64,000 nucleotides of DNA from an uncultured Gemmatimonadaceae bacterium (GTDB lineage Bacteria > Gemmatimonadota > Gemmatimonadetes > Gemmatimonadales > Gemmatimonadaceae). Position 1 is the first letter of the stretch. Every line of letters begins with the position of its first letter. Shown here piece by piece: positions 43,455 to 50,804 of this stretch. Made by a program: the position numbers and the translations under genes. The notes beneath the pieces were generated by a model, which worked only from the letters and a program-made list of their open reading frames with translations, had not been told where the DNA came from and searched no databases. The stretch spans positions 1,568,001 to 1,632,000 of the forward strand of contig CAVXGK010000001.1 in the NCBI GenBank assembly GCA_963761305.1, in the 5' to 3' direction.

Positions 43455-44561
43455 ATGATCAATCGCGCGAGTTTGGCGGCAGTCGTCTCGGTCGGGGTGT
43501 TGGCAGCGGGCTGCCACGCCCCGTCTTCAGTTTCAGCCAGCCCCGCGGCGTCGATGAACGCGGCCACCACGAGCTGGCCGGCGCCCTCGCCCGGCCGCAC
43601 GTACACGCTCATGCCGACGCCGGCGACCGTCGCCTGGGGCTGGTACGACGCGGCGGGCCAACCCGTGCTCCGCGTCGCGTCGGGCGACGAAGTCGTCGTG
43701 CGCGCGCTCTCCACGTGCAGCCCGATGTCGCTCGTACGCGCGGGTCTCGACTCGACTCGCGTCGAGCAGCTCGCGAAGGACATCTACGCCGCGCGCTCGA
43801 CGATGAAGGTCGGCCCCGGAGGTCACATCCTCACCGGCCCGATCTACGTCGAGGGCGCCGACTCGGGCGACGTGCTCGAGGTCCGCTTCAAGTCGATCAA
43901 GCCGGCGATCAACTACGCGTGCAACTCGTTCGGGCCGCGCAGCGGATTCCTGCCCGAGGATTTTCCGGGCCCGGGACACTCGAAGATCATCGAGCTCGAC
44001 ACCGTCAACATGATCGGCCATTTCGGCCCGGGCATCGACATTCCGCTGCATCCGTTCTTCGGCAGCGTCGGCGTCGCACCACCGGCGTCGATGGGTCGCT
44101 TGAACAGCGCACCGCCCGGCATCCACGCGGGGAATCTCGACAACAAAGAGCTCGTCGCCGGCACGACGCTCTACATCCCGGTGTGGACCAAGGGCGCGCT
44201 CCTCGAGATCGGCGACGGGCACGCCGGCCAAGGCAACGGCGAAGTCGACATCACGGCGATGGAAACCTCGCTCATCTCCCGCATGCAGCTCGTCGTGCGC
44301 AAAGACATGCATCTCTCCTGGCCGCGCGCCGAGACGCCCAATTACTACATCGCGATGGGGACCGACTCGGCGCTCGTCAAAGCGACGAAGACGGCCGTGC
44401 GTCAGGGGATCGAGCTACTCGTCGACGTGAAGCACATGTCGCGCGAGGACGCCTACCAGCTCCTCAGCGTTTCCAGCGACGTGGACATCACGCAGCTCGT
44501 GGACGGCACCGTCGGCGTCCACGTGATGATCCCGAAGGCGATCTTCACGACCAAGCGCTAG
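43455..44561 (+). CDS. Acetamidase/formamidase family protein with lipoprotein signal
   Basis: GGHILTGPIYVEGA, AGNLDNKEL, GDGHAGQGNGEV motifs; lipobox AAGC. Confidence 0.9.
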   Translation: MINRASLAAVVSVGVLAAGCHAPSSVSASPAASMNAATTSWPAPSPGRTYTLMPTPATVAWGWYDAAGQPVLRVASGDEVVVRALSTCSPMSLVRAGLDSTRVEQLAKDIYAARSTMKVGPGGHILTGPIYVEGADSGDVLEVRFKSIKPAINYACNSFGPRSGFLPEDFPGPGHSKIIELDTVNMIGHFGPGIDIPLHPFFGSVGVAPPASMGRLNSAPPGIHAGNLDNKELVAGTTLYIPVWTKGALLEIGDGHAGQGNGEVDITAMETSLISRMQLVVRKDMHLSWPRAETPNYYIAMGTDSALVKATKTAVRQGIELLVDVKHMSREDAYQLLSVSSDVDITQLVDGTVGVHVMIPKAIFTTKR

Positions 44562-44599
44562 TCGGCGGTCGACGGCGCCTGCCGTCGCGGACCATGCCG

Positions 44600-44640
44600 A
44601 ATCGAGCGGGGCGACACGGTCGCTCCGCTCGATTGCTTTA
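44600..44640 (+). terminator. Hairpin terminator after acetamidase
   Basis: AATCGAGCGGGGCGAC-ACG-GTCGCTCCGCTCGATT stem-loop followed by GCTTTA. Confidence 0.65.
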
Positions 44641-44773
44641 GCCGTCTGCCACAGCCCTTGGCATTTCGGCATGAACCATTTCCGCCGACCTGCGCGGAAA
44701 ATCTTGCCGTTTGAACGTTTATTGCCGGGTCGCGGGAATTCCTAAAGTGCGAGACGGCATCGGGCGGCAGGTC

Positions 44774-44788
44774 TGGTAAATCTTTTGC
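44774..44788 (+). promoter_or_regulatory. Sigma54 (-24/-12) promoter upstream of fliA
   Basis: TGGTAAATCTTTTGC: GG-N10-GC spacing with TTGC -12 element in an AT-rich intergenic tract. Confidence 0.6.
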
Positions 44789-44993
44789 GGCAAGCAATTT
44801 AGCTAAAGCGCGCTCGGCAGCGGATTTTGCAAGAGCCTGAGCAGCGAACTGGTCCACAGCGTGCCAATGATGAGACGCGCGTCACGTTTGGCCGCACGCC
44901 GTCCCACACCGCTGGACCGCACCGCCTCAGCGCCACACAACGCCCGACCGCCCCCAGTCTCCCCTGCCTCGGCAACTGCCGGGAGTCGAAAAC

Positions 44994-45746
44994 ATGGAAC
45001 CGCGTCTCACGTGGAAGGCCTTCGCCGCCGGCGATCTGGCCGCCCGCGATGCTCTCTTGATGGAGAACCTCAGCCTCGTGCATCATGTCGCGCGTCAGCT
45101 CGAGCGCAAACTGAGCAACGAGCTCGATCACGACGAGTTGGTGAGCGCAGGAACGCTCGGCTTGATGTCCGCCATGACCGCATTCGACCCGGAGCGCGGC
45201 CTCGCGTTCAGCACATTCGCCGTCCCGCGAATCCGCGGCGCGATCCTCGACGAGCTGCGCAGGCAAGACCACGTGCCGCGATCGGTGCGCCGCAAGACAC
45301 GCGATATCCAGGCCGCATCACACGCCGTCGCGGCGCGCGTCGGCCGAGCGCCGGAAGACTCCGAGGTTGCGCAGGCACTCGGCGTCGACGTGCACACGCT
45401 GTGGAAATGGGAGTCCGACGTCGAAGGCGCGATCCGTGTCCCGATCGACCGTCCCGTGAACGAGCGCGGCGAGGCCCAGTCATCCCTCCTCGACCTGCTG
45501 CACACGGATCCGTCTGACGGCGTGGACGAACAGCTTGGCAGGGAGCAGGAAGTCACGATCCTGCGCGAGGCGATCATGCGCCTCAAGGAGCAGGAGCGGA
45601 CGGTGCTCGCGCTGTACTACTTCGAGGAGCTCAAGCTGCACGAGATCGCGGAGATTCTCGGGCTGACGGAGTCGAGAGTGTCGCAGGTGCGCTCGAAGGC
45701 GCTCGCGAGACTGCGTGAGCAAGTGGGCATGTCGCTAGCGTCGTAA
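44994..45746 (+). CDS. fliA: RNA polymerase sigma factor FliA/WhiG (sigma28)
   Basis: FDPERGLAFSTFAVPRIRGAILDELRRQDHVPRSVR, LYYFEELKLHEIAEILGLTESRVSQ motifs. Confidence 0.95.
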   Translation: MEPRLTWKAFAAGDLAARDALLMENLSLVHHVARQLERKLSNELDHDELVSAGTLGLMSAMTAFDPERGLAFSTFAVPRIRGAILDELRRQDHVPRSVRRKTRDIQAASHAVAARVGRAPEDSEVAQALGVDVHTLWKWESDVEGAIRVPIDRPVNERGEAQSSLLDLLHTDPSDGVDEQLGREQEVTILREAIMRLKEQERTVLALYYFEELKLHEIAEILGLTESRVSQVRSKALARLREQVGMSLAS

Positions 45747-45749
45747 CTC

Positions 45750-45796
45750 CCGGTCCACCGGTCTACCGGTCTACCGGTCCACCGCTCTACCGGTCT
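45750..45796 (-). repeat. Tandem octamer repeat (CCGGTCYA)x~6, i.e. GGTRGACC on minus strand
   Basis: Fills the whole gap between convergent fliA and oxidoreductase stops. Confidence 0.88.
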
Positions 45797-46956
45797 TAGA
45801 CCACGTTGTATTCGCCGACGACGCTGCCAGTTGAGAACCGCGCGATTCGCAGGGCATCGATGTCGATCGTGCTCGCGCGGCCGTCGAGAATTTCTTCGGC
45901 CATGAGAAGTCCGGCCGCGGGGCCGTGCATGAGCCCGTGGCCGCTGAAGCCCGCGCACACGAAGAGGCCGTCGACCTCCGGCACGGCGCCGAGAATCGGC
46001 TGGTCGTCCGGCGTCACCTCGTAGAGACCCGCCCACTCGGCAGAAATCTCCGCGTCGGCCAAGAGCGGCATGCGCTCGACCGCACGCTCGATGTGCTGCA
46101 AGCGCCAGTCTTCGTCGACGCGCGTGTCGAATCCCGGCGGTTCGTCGCGGTTGGACATTCCAGTGAGGATTCCGTCGCCCTCGCGGTGGAAATAGAGCGC
46201 GCGCGAGAAGTCGATCACGAATGGAAAATCGGCGCGCAATGAGGGAATGGCGCTCGTGACGGCGATCTGCCGGCGCACTGGCTGAATCGGAAGCTCGACG
46301 CCCGCCATTGCGCCGACCGCAGCCGACCAAGGACCGGCGGCGATCACGACCCGCGGCGCAACGATCGTCTCTCCGGCCACGTCTACGCTGCGCACGCGAC
46401 CGCCGGACACGGTGATTCCGTCGGCGCCGCTGCTCGTCTCCAGCGCCGCGCCGAGTCGTCGCGCCTGCGACACATAGCCCTGCAGCAGGCCATTCGGATC
46501 GACCAGCCCGTCGGCGGCGCACCACGTGCCGCCGACGATCCCCGTCAGGTCGATCTCCGGCGCGAGAGCGGCGATCTCCGCGCGATCCACTTCGCGGCTC
46601 GGCACCCCCAATCGATTCTGGAGCGCGACGTTCGCGCGGAACTGCGCGAGATCGGCGTCGTTGTCGAGCAGAAAGAGATATCCGCAGCGGCGGAGACCCA
46701 CCGCCTGATCCATCTCGGCCGGGAATCGTTCCATCATGCCGATGCTGAGCTTCGACAGCTCGATGTTCACCGCGGTCGCGAACTGGTGTCTCACGCCGCC
46801 GGCGTTGAGTCCCGTGGAGCCGAGGCCGAACATCTCGCCGCGCTCGAGGACTACGACGTTCGTGCAACCGCGCCGCGCGAGGTGATAGGCGATGCTCGCG
46901 CCCATGATTCCGCCGCCGATGATGACGACGTCCGCCGTGCAATTTGATGAGGGCAT
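45796..46956 (-). CDS. FAD-dependent oxidoreductase (DAO / sarcosine oxidase beta-like)
   Basis: VIIGGGIMG, GSTGLNAGG, WAGLYEVTPD, GFSGHG motifs. Confidence 0.92.
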   Translation of the reverse strand: MPSSNCTADVVIIGGGIMGASIAYHLARRGCTNVVVLERGEMFGLGSTGLNAGGVRHQFATAVNIELSKLSIGMMERFPAEMDQAVGLRRCGYLFLLDNDADLAQFRANVALQNRLGVPSREVDRAEIAALAPEIDLTGIVGGTWCAADGLVDPNGLLQGYVSQARRLGAALETSSGADGITVSGGRVRSVDVAGETIVAPRVVIAAGPWSAAVGAMAGVELPIQPVRRQIAVTSAIPSLRADFPFVIDFSRALYFHREGDGILTGMSNRDEPPGFDTRVDEDWRLQHIERAVERMPLLADAEISAEWAGLYEVTPDDQPILGAVPEVDGLFVCAGFSGHGLMHGPAAGLLMAEEILDGRASTIDIDALRIARFSTGSVVGEYNVV

Positions 46957-47177
46957 GGAACGAAAAGTTACTTCACTCGCGCGCGCCATTCACGGCGGGC
47001 GTCTTTCAGTTCTGTAGCGAAGCGGAGCCGCGCCTTGCGCCGCGCCCGGCAAGTTCCTCCTCGTCGGCAAGGAATTCCCGCCGGCGGGTGCCGCCGCGGT
47101 TGGTCGTTCTCCGGCGAATGCGATGGTAACGCGTTGATGAGAAAGGTCATATCGGATTCAGCGTTTTCGCGCCGATT

Positions 47178-47193
47178 GGGCACCGGGATTGCC
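47178..47193 (+). promoter_or_regulatory. Sigma54 (-24/-12) promoter upstream of flgN-like gene
   Basis: GGGCACCGGGATTGCC = GGCAC-N5-TTGC consensus, about 25 nt upstream of ATG 47217. Confidence 0.75.
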
Positions 47194-47216
47194 TTTGAGA
47201 GCCGCGCATCTCCCTC

Positions 47217-47645
47217 ATGCTCATCGTGATGTCGACGGCACTCCTGCGTAGCCCGGCCGAAGATCTTTCGCCGGCGCCGCTTTCTCCAATCGAATCGCTG
47301 GCCGAAGCGCTCAACGCCGAGCGTCGTCTGCTCGACCACCTGAGCGAAGTGGTGCGGCGCCAGCGCACTGCCGTCGCCACCGACGACATGGATGCGGTCA
47401 GCGATTGCGTGTTCGCGACGCATCGCGTGCTCGTCACCCTGCGTGAGGCGCGCTCGCACCGGCAGTCGATCGGCACGCTGATCGGATTGCCGGCCGGCGC
47501 CGACGCGGGAACCGACTCGCTCGAGCGCGCGCTTGGCGCTCGAATGACGCCGGCGATTCGCACCGCGCGCGACGAGCTGCACCACGCGGCGCGCACCTTG
47601 GCCCGCGAGGTTGCCGCGACGCGCAGCGGGACTGCGTCAAGCTGA
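47217..47645 (+). CDS. flgN: FlgN-like flagellar export chaperone
   Basis: All-helical L..E..LL..L......QR.A....D pattern, about 140 aa; flagellar regulatory context; sigma54 promoter; start may be 47229. Confidence 0.6.
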   Translation: MLIVMSTALLRSPAEDLSPAPLSPIESLAEALNAERRLLDHLSEVVRRQRTAVATDDMDAVSDCVFATHRVLVTLREARSHRQSIGTLIGLPAGADAGTDSLERALGARMTPAIRTARDELHHAARTLAREVAATRSGTASS

Positions 47646-48392
47646 ACGCTGATCCGCCGCCCGACGCGTCTTGAGCGTCGGCAGCCGGAGCTCCACCGCG
47701 CCCTCGCGCCGGCTAACGGCGCCGCCCAGCATCGTCGAGAGTCGTTCCGCGTAGGGCGCGCGCACCGGTGTCGGGATTTCGCCGACCGGCTGCGGGCCGA
47801 CGCGAAATTCGACTTTCACCCAGCGATCGTCCGATTCGATGGTCGCGTGGACCGACGCGCGATTCGCCTTGGCGAGCCGCTTCGCGTCGTTGAGGATCAA
47901 CACCAGGACGCGCACCAACGCCCATCGCTCGGCGCGCACCGGCTCGACGAAGCGCGTCGGCACGATCGTGAAGGGTGTATCGCGCAGATCGTGCAGGAAC
48001 GCGTGGACGGCGAGCACGTCGGCGATCACGTCGTCGATGATGAGCGGTTCTTCGTCGGCGTCGGCCCGCGGCAGCAGACGCATCGCCCGGGCGCAGTCCT
48101 CCAGGCGTGTCAGCTCTTTCGAGAGGCTCGCGAACGCCGGGTCGTTGGGCGGTAGGTCGCCAAGTCGCGTGAGCTCGAGCAACGCCGAGAGCGAGCCGAT
48201 TCGGTTGTTGAGCGCGTGGTGGACGCCGTGGCACACCTGGTCCACGATCAACAGCCACTCGTCAGCCACTTCGCCTTCGACCCCCGGCGCGATCGGCGCC
48301 GCGATCGTTTGGAAGGCCGCGGGAGGCGCGGGCGGGTGTGAGACCGGGGGGGCCGGGGGGGGCGGAACGGCTGGGGCGCCCGGGTGCGTCAT
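47637..48392 (-). CDS. Degenerate histidine-kinase-like protein (H-box retained, ATP-binding boxes eroded)
   Basis: GVHHALNNRIGSL H-box-like; LILNDAKR in N-box position; no DxGxG or GxGL motifs; no sensor domain. Confidence 0.55.
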   Translation of the reverse strand: MTHPGAPAVPPPPAPPVSHPPAPPAAFQTIAAPIAPGVEGEVADEWLLIVDQVCHGVHHALNNRIGSLSALLELTRLGDLPPNDPAFASLSKELTRLEDCARAMRLLPRADADEEPLIIDDVIADVLAVHAFLHDLRDTPFTIVPTRFVEPVRAERWALVRVLVLILNDAKRLAKANRASVHATIESDDRWVKVEFRVGPQPVGEIPTPVRAPYAERLSTMLGGAVSRREGAVELRLPTLKTRRAADQRSA

Positions 48393-48567
48393 CGTTGGAC
48401 CCGTCGAGTCGAGGGTGACAGCGCGGAAAGTTAATGGGCGTACTGCGGTTTGGCCGCCAAAATGACCGGTTGCGGGAACAGGAGTCGTGTTTAGTTGGTT
48501 GATTGGATCATGAGGGCCGGCGATACTCCTTCGCGGACCCAGACCCTTCGTCTCCGGATGCGTCTCG

Positions 48568-49170
48568 ATGGTTCTCGAAGTCCTGTTGCTCGCCGGCGCG
48601 GTCGCCGCGAATTCGCCGAGAGCGTCGATTCCACCTGATACGTCTACGCTAGCCGTGGTTCAGACGGAGCCGGCCGACTCGGCGCTCCTGCGATTGGCCC
48701 GGATTCCGACGGACACGCCGCATGCGCGCGTCCGCGCGATCGAGGTCAGCGACTGGTACGAGCGGCGTCTGATGATCCACCGATATGTCGCGTACGCCAC
48801 GCTCCCCGTGTTCGGCGCGCAGTGGCTCGCCGGTCAGCAGCTGCTCGACAAGAGTCGTGAAGCGCCGACGTGGGCCAAGACGACCCATCGCGTGGGCGCG
48901 ACGATGCTCGCCGGCATGTTCACCGTGAACACGGTGACGGGATTGTGGAACTGGTGGGATTCGCGCGCGGTGCCGCAGAACCGCGTGCTTCGCACGGTCC
49001 ATGCATTTTCAATGATTGCCTGCGATGCCGCGTTTTCATATACAGGAGCCAAGCTGTCCAACGAAGCCGAGACGAGCAGCTCAGCGCGCACGCTTCACTA
49101 TCAGGTGGCGCTCGTAGCCATGGGCGTAACCGTGTTGAGCGGGACGGCCATGAAGCTCTGGAACAAATAA
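48568..49170 (+). CDS. Membrane protein with four His-bearing TM helices (cytochrome b561-like candidate)
   Basis: Four hydrophobic segments each starting with His: IHRYVA, THRVGA, VHAFSM, LHYQVA. Confidence 0.55.
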   Translation: MVLEVLLLAGAVAANSPRASIPPDTSTLAVVQTEPADSALLRLARIPTDTPHARVRAIEVSDWYERRLMIHRYVAYATLPVFGAQWLAGQQLLDKSREAPTWAKTTHRVGATMLAGMFTVNTVTGLWNWWDSRAVPQNRVLRTVHAFSMIACDAAFSYTGAKLSNEAETSSSARTLHYQVALVAMGVTVLSGTAMKLWNK

Positions 49171-49180
49171 CCACGCCCCG

Positions 49181-49681
49181 ATGTTTGTCCCTGAATACAT
49201 CGTTCACTTGTTGAAGCCATGGAATCATTTTTACAGTCACTCCAAGATGGCCGAGACAGTCGTTCAATCGCTGCACATCGTAGGGGTGTTGATGGCCGGC
49301 GGGCTCGCCATCTCCGCTGACCGCGGGACGTTGCGCGCACTCCGAACGCCGGTCTCGGATCGCGCATTCCCCATGCGTGAGCTCGCCGCCGTTCATCGTT
49401 GGGTCCTCACGGGCCTCACGATCGTCGTCGTCAGCGGACTCGGCATGTTGACCGCCGACATCGAGACGTTCTTCGGATCGTGGGTTTATTGGACCAAGAT
49501 GGCGCTGTTCGTCGTATTACTGGTGAACGGATTGGTGATCGTGCGCACCGAGGGCGAGTTGCGCGCCGATCCTGGAGAGCAGTCTCCGCACTGGGGCCGG
49601 CTCCGAATCCGGGCGCTCTCGAGCATCGGGCTCTGGTTCACCATCACCGTGCTCGGTGTAGCACTCGTCAACCTGAGTTGA
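49181..49681 (+). CDS. Four-TM membrane protein (CopD/DUF2214/DUF6644-like)
   Basis: SLHIVGV, VVVSGLGM, YWTKMALF...NG motifs. Confidence 0.6.
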   Translation: MFVPEYIVHLLKPWNHFYSHSKMAETVVQSLHIVGVLMAGGLAISADRGTLRALRTPVSDRAFPMRELAAVHRWVLTGLTIVVVSGLGMLTADIETFFGSWVYWTKMALFVVLLVNGLVIVRTEGELRADPGEQSPHWGRLRIRALSSIGLWFTITVLGVALVNLS

Positions 49682-49691
49682 GCTCCTACTG

Positions 49692-50243
49692 ATGTCTTCA
49701 CGCACCACCGATACGAGCAACGACAATCGCGACGCGGCCGATGCGTGCGCTGGATGCACGGCGATTCCGCGCCGCGGTTTTCTACGAGAGGCCGGCCTGT
49801 TCGCGGCCGGCGTTCTGGTCGCGCTCGGCGCCGCTCCGGCGCGCGCGTCGGCGATGCCGATCGAATTCATTTCGTCGACGCGCGGCGATCGCGAGGATAA
49901 GACGTATCCGATCCCGGCGCAGGACGGCGTGCAGATCGACAAGGACGCCGACGCGATGTTGGCGCGTTGGCAGGGGAAGGTGTTCGCGTTCTCGCTCGCT
50001 TGTCCGCACCAGAACACCGCGCTCCATTGGCAGGACAAGGATCAACAGTTCGAGTGTCCGAAACACCACTCTCGGTTCGACCCGCAAGGCAACTACGTCA
50101 AGGACAGCGGCCGCGCCACTCGTGGACTCGACCGGATGGCCATCCGGAAGGACGCGAACAACGTCGTGGTCAATCTGGACAAGATCTTCCAGCAAGACGA
50201 CGACGAAGCCGACTGGAAGACCGCGTTCGTTTCCCTGACCTAG
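49692..50243 (+). CDS. Tat-exported Rieske [2Fe-2S] protein (no disulfide Cys)
   Basis: PRRGFL Tat motif; CPH-x15-CPKH Rieske ligands. Confidence 0.88.
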   Translation: MSSRTTDTSNDNRDAADACAGCTAIPRRGFLREAGLFAAGVLVALGAAPARASAMPIEFISSTRGDREDKTYPIPAQDGVQIDKDADAMLARWQGKVFAFSLACPHQNTALHWQDKDQQFECPKHHSRFDPQGNYVKDSGRATRGLDRMAIRKDANNVVVNLDKIFQQDDDEADWKTAFVSLT

Positions 50244-50272
50244 CCTCACGTCGTTCGACGACAACCCGAGTC

Positions 50273-50734
50273 ATGCCCTGCTCCGACTGTTTCAACCGGC
50301 GGGAATTTCTTACGCGATCCGCGCTCGCCGCGGCGGCGTTGGTGGCCGCCGAGGCGTGCGGCGACGGACAAATCGGCCCCCCCGTTCACTCGGGCGCTGG
50401 CGGTGATCCGAACATTCCGATCGGCGGTCCGTTCACGATCACGATCTCACAGTTCGCCGGTCTGGCGACCGTGGGCACGGTCGTCGACATCGGTCACGAG
50501 CGCGCCGTCGTGCGCACCGGCCCGACGACGTTCCTGGCGCTGTCGGAGATCTGCACGCACGAGCAGTGCGATACGAGCGTCACCAACAACCGGTTCGAGT
50601 GCCCGTGTCATGGTTCGATCTTCGCCGCCGACGGGTCGGTCATCCGCGGCCCCGACACCGGCGACTCGATCACGCCGCTGCGCCAGTTGAACGTGGTGTT
50701 CGATCAGGCGGCGGGGACGCTCACGGTTTCCTGA
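50273..50734 (+). CDS. Tat-exported Rieske [2Fe-2S] (lipo)protein with disulfide-type boxes
   Basis: NRREFL Tat motif, AEAC lipobox; CTHEQC and CPCHGS boxes. Confidence 0.88.
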   Translation: MPCSDCFNRREFLTRSALAAAALVAAEACGDGQIGPPVHSGAGGDPNIPIGGPFTITISQFAGLATVGTVVDIGHERAVVRTGPTTFLALSEICTHEQCDTSVTNNRFECPCHGSIFAADGSVIRGPDTGDSITPLRQLNVVFDQAAGTLTVS

Positions 50735-50804
50735 CGCCGCGTTGTATGCGTCGACGCAAGGCACACGTTCACTCTGCCTTGCGGAGCACCCGTCGCCCCT
50801 TCTG

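Noticed and set aside
44809..44832. Second sigma54 site CGGCAGCGGATTTTGC upstream of fliA
   Set aside because: GG-to-GC spacing is 11 nt rather than the required 10
49692..50734. Cytochrome bc1 complex or Rieske oxygenase operon
   Set aside because: No cytochrome b (PEWY), c-type CxxCH protein or oxygenase catalytic subunit adjacent
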